In this document: positions 21,635-29,960 of the stretch, one piece after another
Layout of the letters: every line of letters starts with the position of its first letter
Numbering within the stretch: the stretch's first letter is position 1
Source of the DNA: Octopus sinensis
Lineage: Eukaryota
Length of the DNA: 29,960 bases
Assembly: GCF_006345805.1 (NCBI RefSeq)
Contig: NW_021832704.1
Location: 1-29,960 of the forward strand
Direction: 5' to 3'
Notes under the pieces: generated by a model
Database searches by the model: none
Told to the model about the DNA's origin: nothing
Seen by the model: the letters and a program-made list of their open reading frames with translations, nothing else
Made by a program: the position numbers and the translations under genes

Positions 21635-23716
21635 TTTTTTTTTTTTTTCTTCTTTCAAATTTGCTTCCATTTCATGCCGAGTGTCTTCCCGACTCCTAGG
21701 GCAAAGAAACTCATAGTATACATTGGTAGGCCATTAAACCAAACTCAGTAGTTCGTTCATTTTTTAAATTTTTTTTTTTTTTAAGTTAAATTAAAATACA
21801 TGAGCAGCAACAGTTCTCACATCGACAATGCTCTTCTCAATACATGTGATGTACCAGTTAAGACAATCTTTTGCACTTCTTGCAGGGATGGTAAGCCAGG
21901 GAGCATTCTCATATAATTTTCGGTTCCCTTCTTGATCATTCCTAGTGCTCCTACGATCACTGGTATTGTAACCGCCTTGAGATGCCAGATTTTCTCAATT
22001 TCAATGAGTAGGTCTTTATATTTTCTGAGCTTGTCAAACTCTTTCGCTGAGATATTATGATCACAGGGGATGCTCATGTCGATCAATAAGCAAACTTTAT
22101 TGTTTTGGTCTTTCACAACAATATCTGGTTTATTGGCCTTGATGGTTCGGTCTGTATGTACTGGAAAGTCCCACAGAATGGTTACATTTTCTCCTTCAGT
22201 TACAGCCTCAGGGTGGTGATTATACCACTTGTCGGTAGTTTTGATATTGTAATGCCGACTTATTAGCCAGTGGAGATATTGGCCAACTCTGTCATGTCTT
22301 AATTTATACTCCACTGGTGCTAAGACTTTACATCCAGAGATTAGGTGGTCCACTGTTTCAATCATGTCGTTGCAGAATCGGCATTTTGGGTCTGCTACAT
22401 TTTTCATCACATTGGCCTGGTAGTTCTGGGTTAATAGGCTTTGATCTTGAGCAGCCAGGATGAAACCTTCGCTCTCTGCTTTTAGTCCTGAGCTCCGTAG
22501 CCACTGATGGGTTTGCTTCTGGTCAACATCAGCTTGTTTGCTGCGGGTCACATATTTGCCGTGCAGAGGTTTCTCCTCCCACCTATCAGCCAATTGCTCG
22601 TGCGCTTTTTTCATTGCCATCATTTTCACCTTCTTTGCAACAATAGTTGCCGTACTTCCCTCGGGTTGTTCAGTTTGGGTATCCTGCACGAGATCAATAG
22701 CAAATTTTTTGCTTTCCTTGATGATAGAATGAAGCTTCTTCGTCTCTCGTGATTTTCCACGAGCTTTAGCATCCAGTCATTCGATATTTCGAGATATTTG
22801 GCCAGTCCAATTGTGGTTGGTTTTGTAAGCTAGTTCAAATTGGATCAGGCCTCGACCTCCTTGGGCTCTGGGAAGGTAAAGGCGATCTACGTCTGCCTTT
22901 GGGTGGTGCATCCTATTACAACTCAGCAGCTTGCGTATTTTTCTATCTATATTCTTTACTTCACTCATATTCCAGTTCAACACATTGTAGCTATAAGTAA
23001 CAACTGGAACTGCTAAGGAATTTATAGCTAACACCTTGTTACGTGCATTTAGTTCAGATTTCTGGACTGCACGAACTCTCCTATAACATTCCTTCCTGAT
23101 TTTCTCTTTCATGCTTGCATGCTGAATACCAGAGCATTCATTTATCCCTAAATATTTGTATGTTTGTTCTTGCTCAAGCTTTCTTATGACTGTGTCAACA
23201 TCTAACACGACTGAATTTGTGGTCTTCACTTTCCCTTTCTGGAAAGTGGCCTTGGCACACTTCTCAAGTCCAAACTCCATCCCGATGTCATCGCTGAATG
23301 CTTTCACGCTGCGCACTAGGCCTTCAAGTTCATTATTGTCTTTACCATAAAGTTTTAAGTCATCCATATAAAATAGATGGCTTATTTTTTTATTGGCAAT
23401 TTTATACCCATACCCTGTTCTGTTTAATTCACTTGTAAGGGGTATTAGGGCTATGCAGAATATTAAAGGTGAAAGTGAGTCACCTTGAAAAATTCCACAG
23501 TTGATGTTTATATTTTCTGAGGCAAGTACTCCATTAGAGTGGTATAATTGGAGATTCGTATTCCACAACGACATATTGTGCTTCAGGAAGTTTGAAAACA
23601 CGGGGCAAATTTTGAAGATGTCCAGCGATCTCAAGATCCATGGATGCGGTATACTGTCGAAGGCCTTTTTGTAGTCAATCCATGCGGTGCTGAGATTTCT
23701 GCGCTTGTTGTGACAG
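21635..23716 (-). mobile_element. 5'-truncated R4/Dong-clade non-LTR retrotransposon with RLE endonuclease, embedded in (TAA)n
   Basis: RT and RLE coding region, a 3' UTR of about 180 nt, a short poly(A), then (TAA)n. The 5' junction also falls directly in (TAA)n. Confidence 0.92.
21817..23715 (-). pseudogene. Reverse transcriptase + CCHC zinc knuckle + restriction-like endonuclease; N-terminally truncated, with two compensating 1-nt indels
   Basis: RT motifs AWIDYKKAFDSIPH, GIFQGDSLSP, YMDDLKL, FGLEKC, YKYLG. Knuckle CRFC..ETVDHLISGC. RLE motifs RHD, KPDIVV, IDMSIP, DKLRKY. ORFs 22777-23634 and 21817-22689 are in the same frame. Confidence 0.95.
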
Positions 23717-23749
23717 TTATTATTATTATTATCATCATCATCATCATCA

Positions 23750-23831
<82 letters not shown>

Positions 23832-23905
23832 CATCATCATCATCATCATCATCATCATTATTATTATTATTATTATTATTATTAATATTATTATTATTAT
23901 TATTA

Positions 23906-23950
<45 letters not shown>

Positions 23951-23978
23951 CATCATCATCATCAATATTATTATTATT
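23717..23978. repeat. (ATT)n/(ATC)n microsatellite
   Basis: Direct reading. Confidence 0.97.
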
Positions 23979-24494
23979 GAGTGAGAGAGCAGTTCATGCC
24001 ATCAAAGTGACACTGGGGTAAGATATACGAAGCCCGTCTGATAAAGGTACACCAGGCACATGCATCACAACGGTGATCTCATATCAAGATAAACAGCACA
24101 TGACCTTGCAGGTGGGGCCCAGTTAGAATTTTCTTCAGTTTGAGTAGCCCATCCCGCTCAAACGGTCCCTGAATAAGGGTTGTTTAAGGATGTTGAAAGA
24201 ACCACCCATGTTTCCAGAGGTGAACTATTCAAACCCCAAAGAATCCCTCTCAACACATTGCTATGATGCTCCCCCACTACTTCTGCTCGTGATCAGAGAT
24301 GCACATATCGTCAGCCACTAAGGGACATGCTCAACTGGTTAAGGTCAAACAACTGACAAGCAAATCTGTGGTATTGAGCAGAATATTTGCTGTAGCCCAT
24401 CTTTTATACCAAGACAAAACAACGTACATGATAACACTTCCAATCAGTTAAGATCAGAAGCCATGAGAGCCACTGCCTGGTACTGCATCAGCGC

Positions 24495-24495
<1 letters not shown>
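23979..24495. mobile_element. About 517-bp non-coding element with sharp boundaries inside (ATT)n (family E, class unknown)
   Basis: Complex, higher-GC island bounded on both sides by ATT repeats. No ORF, tRNA head or TIRs seen. Single copy in this window, so repeat status is inferred. Confidence 0.6.
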
Positions 24496-24592
<97 letters not shown>

Positions 24593-24827
24593 TTAATTTT
24601 ATTATTATTATTATTATTATTGCTATTATTATTATTATTACTACTAGTATTATTATCATTATTATCATTATTATTTATATCATTATTATTATTATTACTA
24701 TTATAATTATTATTATTATCATTATTATTATTACTATTGTAATTGTTATTATTATTATTATTATTATTGTTATTATCATTATTATTATTATTATTATTAT
24801 TGTTATTATCATTATTATTATTATTAA

Positions 24828-24890
<63 letters not shown>

Positions 24891-24907
24891 GTTGTTGTTT
24901 TTGTTAT
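24496..24907. repeat. Imperfect (ATT)n microsatellite ending in (GTT)n
   Basis: Direct reading. Confidence 0.97.
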
Positions 24908-25186
24908 TAAATCAGGTTTTGTTGTAACTCCTGGAGTCTGGCGGGGACTTGCTACTTGCAGCCTATGTTACCACGCTATTTCTTCTTTTGAACTATTGAA
25001 TATTTTCCTCATCATTTTGCCGTGCCAGGGAGACAAACCTTTTGTAACAGTTCCACTGGGTATTCTATTCCAGTTTCCTTCATATTCATCTTGATGCTTC
25101 TGATACTGTCTCCAAGTAATCAACAATAATTGGCACTACCTTCACGTTCTTCATTTTTGCATTGCCGGGCTATTTCATACTCAAGG
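24908..25186 (-). mobile_element. Old, degenerate 3' end of a second R4/Dong-like element
   Basis: Minus strand across frameshifts: LEYEIARQ / KMKNVKVVPIIVDYLETV / MKETGIEYPVELLQKVCLPGTAK. This parallels the young element's C-terminus (AVTIPVIVGALGMI..QEVQKIVLTGTSH) and is followed by a short UTR and (AAT)n. Confidence 0.7.
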
Positions 25187-25189
25187 ATT

Positions 25190-25330
25190 ATTCTTTGGAA
25201 GTCTTGTACTTATTCTGTCGGTCTGTTTTGCCGAACCGTTAATTTACGGGGACGTAAACTCAACAACATCGGTTGTCAAGCGATGGTGGAAGGACAATCA
25301 CTGACACAAACACAGACAGACAGACACACA
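25190..25330 (-). mobile_element. SINE family C internal fragment
   Basis: gtacttattctgtcggtctgttttgccgaaccg..gggacgtaaac..catcggttgtcaagcgatg is the reverse complement of 16075-16165. Confidence 0.8.
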
Positions 25331-26014
25331 CACACATACATACACTCACCCATATATATATACATACATACAAACATACCTACATATATATATATATATG
25401 TATATATAAAATTAAAATGAGGGTAAAAAATTGAATATTAATTTGATAACATCAATTTAACCCCAGTGTTCTAGCATATTAAAAACTGAAGGTTCAGTAA
25501 ATTGTATTCCATACATATTAGAGGAATGACTACTATGTGGACGACCCTAATGCTAGAAGTAGATCCACTATGGTCTTACCACTAAGAAATGTTCTCTAGA
25601 AAATTTAGCAAACACAAGAACGTAATCGAGCAAAACAAATGAAAAGTATCAAAAAATAGATTAATAAACAATGCTTCACTCTCAACAGATTACGTAATTT
25701 TACTTACGCAAAAATGTCCGTAGATCTTCAGTATGATCGTCATACAAATATAATTTGCAGAACTACATACCAGTAATTTAGCGTGCCAAAACGAGGACTT
25801 TTGAAAAATAACCGCAAATGTAATAGGTAGAACTTCATACATGTCCGACCTTGTTGGTTCAGAACTGCTCTGAAACTGAGCAGCAACGACGCACTCACGC
25901 ACATTGTACAGACTTCGTATTCAAAGCTTATCTACTGCACACACTTTTCGTATGATTAGTAAATAATATATTTAAACCACTGTTACATGAAGGACAATGG
26001 TAAAATAGTGTCTT

Positions 26015-26731
26015 TCAAAGCTTGACCAGTCGCCGAGTTTCATGCTACCATTCGAGCCTTCGACCACCGGATGCTGCCAAATGAGTTCACACAGAGTTAG
26101 AAGTATTCTGGCCAAAACGTACATTATGAAGATACATTTCTCTCTTCTTCCGGCCAAACTCACAGAATATGTAAAGAGAAAAGGAAGACAAAGGAAAGAG
26201 AATGGTTTTGATGCGTCGTTCAAGAGAAAATATGGAGAGATGAAGTAATTTACGACAAAGTGGAAATGTTTGATCGTTGTGATATTACATTCGTGACGGG
26301 TATCAATATCTGTATAAGGTGTGTGGTTGAATGTTTAGGATATTCGGCTCACAATCGCAAGGTAGTGAGTTCAAATCCTAACAGCATGTTTTTTTTATGT
26401 AGACACTTCATTTTCACATTGCTCCAGTGGACACCACTGGCAAAATGAGTTGTTCCTGTATTTGAAGCAGTCGGCCACGTCACATTTTGTGTCATGCTGA
26501 ATCTCCCCGATTATTTCCATTGTCTTCCTTTTCTCTTCATATATTCTGTGATATCTGGAAAACACGCGTAACATTTTTCGGATTCTCTGAGATTGGCCGG
26601 AAGAAGAGAGAAATGTATCCGCATACAGTTATGGCCAGAATAGTTATAACTTTGTGTGAGCTTATTTAGCAGCATCCGGTGGTCGGAGGCTCGGATGGTA
26701 GTATGAAACTCGACGACGGGTCAAGCTTTGA
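26015..26731. repeat. Inverted repeat pair: arms 26015-26197 and 26514-26731, about 80% identical by eye, 316-nt spacer
   Basis: tcaaagcttgaccagtcgccgagtttcatgctaccattcgagccttcgaccaccggatgctg.. matches the reverse complement of the right arm, which carries about 40 extra nt. Confidence 0.9.
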
Positions 26732-26840
26732 TTGACGCTATGTTAAGGGTACACGTGTCTATTGCCTGTTAATGTCACAAGCAGGTTGTTCCGTTGAACG
26801 GATCCACTGGAACCTTGATCGTCTTAACCGACAGAGTGCT
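26318..26840 (+). mobile_element. Decayed tRNA-headed SINE (family D) apparently split by the right inverted-repeat arm: 26318-26510 and 26738-26840
   Basis: The head has B-box gagttcaaatcc. That the two pieces belong to one element rests on my recollection of an octopus SINE consensus (..aatctccccga|..ctacgttaagggtacacg..) and cannot be proven within this window. Confidence 0.5.
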
Positions 26841-27290
26841 AGATATAAGTATACCCATAAAAATATCTGGATACAATACATAATGTGCTGTTTACTTGTA
26901 TATAGAATTAACATGTTATAAAATAATGCATTCCGTTCTTATATACAGAATCTATATGTTATATACGGTGTGGTGAGTGTGCGAATATACAGAAACTGCA
27001 GGGAATATATAGTTTGTTGTGTGAGTAGATAAGAATCTCTGTGTTAGACAAGAATTACTCCGAGTCCTAAGTAGGATACAACTTTAGTGTGCGGATATGG
27101 AAGTCTATGAGAAAACCCAGGAAACTTTCGGAGGATATTTGTGTGTGAGCAAGTATGTCTATCTATCTATATATACTAGTCTCCCTCTCCCTCATTATAT
27201 TATATATATATATATATATACTATATATATATCTATATGGAGAGAGAGAGAGAGAGAAAGGAAGAAAGATGGCACTTGGATATTACAAAA

Positions 27291-27349
<59 letters not shown>

Positions 27350-27885
27350 ATATACACAAACATATATGTACAGAATTACATGCACTGATGTGTGTTTGCG
27401 TATATATATATATAATATAATATATATATATATGTGTGTGTGTTGTGTGGTGTGTGTGTGGGTGTGTAATATTTATATATATATAAGTGCATATAGTTCT
27501 CTACGTATATGTATGTAAGTAGAGAAAAAATATCAAAGTAAACATAAGATATTTAAATTAATCAAATTAAATTCAAATCAGATTTGAGCTGAAAAAAGAA
27601 CAAATAAACAAATAAATAAACATGTATATACATAAGAAGTAAAAAAGCACTGCAAAAACTGATGGAAAACATCAAGGCAAAAGTCAAACACAAATACACA
27701 CACACGACACACATTCATACATAAATCATACATACCTACATATATATGTCTTCATATACATATATATATAGGAATATATATATATATATATATGTAGGTA
27801 CATAAATATGTATGTATATCTATCTATCTATCTATATATATATATATATGAGCAAGCATACACACATCTATTCAATTTTATATAA

Positions 27886-27922
<37 letters not shown>

Positions 27923-28239
27923 CACATATATATATACGTGTATAATATATATATATATTTTTTTGTGGGCATAAGCATATACACTCACACACTAATATAT
28001 ATATATACGTATATATGTTTATACACACATATATATATACATATGTACATAAATGCACTCCTATACACACACATGAAATAAGTTAGAAAGCATAAAACAG
28101 CCAGGACAAACACAAACAACAGAGAGAAGGACGAGAAATACATGTTGCTATATTGGACAAACATAAACACATTCAAGAAGATGTCCACCGATGCATCTAC
28201 TTAAGTGTAGAAGCGACAAACGCATTAGCATGTTGTACA

Positions 28240-29060
28240 TTAATAATAGGAATGGGAATGGATGGAGGAGGAGAGTGAAGAAATGGAATTGACGTCGACG
28301 ATGATGATGATGCGGAGGAGAGATGAGGAATAGGAGAAATATACAATTAAGGGAGAACTAAAGAGTAGAAAGAGAAGGAAGAAGAAAAAGAAGACGAAGA
28401 AGGAGAAGAAGGAAGAAGAACGAAGAGGAGGAGAAGAAGTGGGAGGAAGAGGGGAGGAGGAGGAGGAGGAGGTAGCGAAGAAAAGTAGAAGGCGGAGAAG
28501 GAGAAGGAGAAGGAGAAGGAGAAGAAAAAGAAGAAACAAAGAAATTGATGATGTTGATGACAATGATGATGACGGTGATGGTAATGATGATGACGGGCGT
28601 GTTGGTGGTGGTGGGATGATGAAGATGATGATGATGATGAAGATGATGATGATGATGATTGGGATGATAATGATGATGATGATAAAGAAGAAAAGGAGGA
28701 AATGAAGCACATGAAGAAGAGAAAGTAGATGATGGGGAAGAAGAAGATGATGACGAAGAAGTGAAGGAGGAAGAAGAGAATGAGGAGGAGGTGACGACCA
28801 GTAAATGGTAAAGAAGAAGAATAGGAAGAGGGCTGAAGATGAAAAGGGAAACAAAGAAAACCTGAAAGATATAAACAAAGAATGAAAAAAAAAAAACAAA
28901 AAAGATACAGCAATCAGAAAAGAAAGAAAGAAACAAATAAAGAAAGAATAAGGAGAATGTTGTATTGGATTGGCAAGCAATTAATGAATAACAAGAGAAT
29001 AGAGATTGAGAGAAAATTAGCAATATTCGAACTGGAATAAGAAAGAAGGAAAGTTAGGTT
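28240..29060. repeat. Purine-rich mosaic of (GAA)/(GAG)/(GGAGAA)/(GAT) simple repeats
   Basis: Direct reading. It explains the Phe/Leu/Ser-rich minus-strand ORFs. Confidence 0.9.
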
Positions 29061-29197
29061 GAGAAGAGATGCGAAGTTAAAAAAAGTTAAAAAACATTTG
29101 TGAAGTTGGCAATCTACTTTAATGCTGTTAAACAAGATTGAATTACACTTCAGTCTCATATGTGCGTAGTGTGTGTATATATATATATATATATATG

Positions 29198-29267
<70 letters not shown>

Positions 29268-29546
29268 CATATGTATATATACATATGTATATATACATAA
29301 GTGTGTATATATAAATATAAAGAAAACATGAGATTTTAGTGGGAAAACAAACATAAATATCACATGGTAGGCATAGACAGAAAGCAAAAGATTGATAGTA
29401 AATATAGTCGTGAGTATACACGATAAATACATACATAGATGCATATATATACATATACATATATATATATAGTATATATATATAATAATATATATATATA
29501 TATATATATATATGTATACATATGTATGTATATATACATATATATA

Positions 29547-29583
<37 letters not shown>

Positions 29584-29896
29584 ATATATATATATTATAT
29601 GTATATGTATATGTACTTAGATAGATAGATAGGTATGCGAAGATAGATATATAAGGACACAAAGTGAGAAAGAGAGAGAAAACAAATAATAGAAATGGAG
29701 TAAAAACGGACATAAATCTTAAAGTTGTTTATTAAAAAAAATGGGTGTTAGACATTGAAATAAATATGCAGGTATATACACGAATAAAGAGCTGTATAGA
29801 CGTACATAATACACAGACACACACAAACAACATATAAAGAAATCACCCCCACACACTCAAAAATATTACCCATGTATATATATATATATATAACTA

Positions 29897-29929
<33 letters not shown>

Positions 29930-29960
29930 TAAATGGTATGTATGTATAACGCATATCCAA

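Noticed and set aside
25689-25776. Possible + strand terminal exon (LRNFTYAKMSVDLQYDRHTNIICRTTYQ*)
   Set aside because: Only a moderate acceptor, short, and with no homology recognised.
26487-26669. ORF listed on the minus strand in the supplied track
   Set aside because: The peptide MCHAES.. actually reads from the + strand (ttg at 26487, tag at 26667-26669). It spans SINE and inverted-repeat sequence and is not a credible gene on either strand.
276-29960. Dozens of ORFs rich in YI, HT, CV, poly-I, poly-L, poly-M or poly-Y in the supplied track
   Set aside because: They are translations of (TA)n, (CA)n, (TATG)n, (ATT)n and (GAT)n repeats, with no splice or domain support.

Overview
Very AT-rich eukaryotic DNA, mostly intronic or intergenic, with dense micro- and minisatellites. 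The SINE families and repeat density suggest a coleoid cephalopod, probably Octopus; this is recognition from memory, not a database result. It contains one credible internal coding exon (5685-6215, +, product not identifiable) and about a dozen tRNA-derived SINE copies or fragments from four families. It also has a decayed Tc1/mariner transposase and a young 5'-truncated R4/Dong-clade non-LTR retrotransposon (RT + CCHC + RLE) inside a (TAA)n array. That array holds two further insertions. The signal not explained by the ORF track is a cluster of type I hammerhead-ribozyme motifs in at least three unrelated short repeats between 8.6 and 15.1 kb. One is a near-intact motif at 10126-10221 (-), one is a 470-nt tandem retrozyme-like unit at 8602-9281 (+), and one is a minimal Penelope-type motif at 15048-15093 (-). 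Further decayed candidates lie nearby. All folds and alignments were done by eye. Nearly all ORFs in the supplied track are artefacts of simple repeats.
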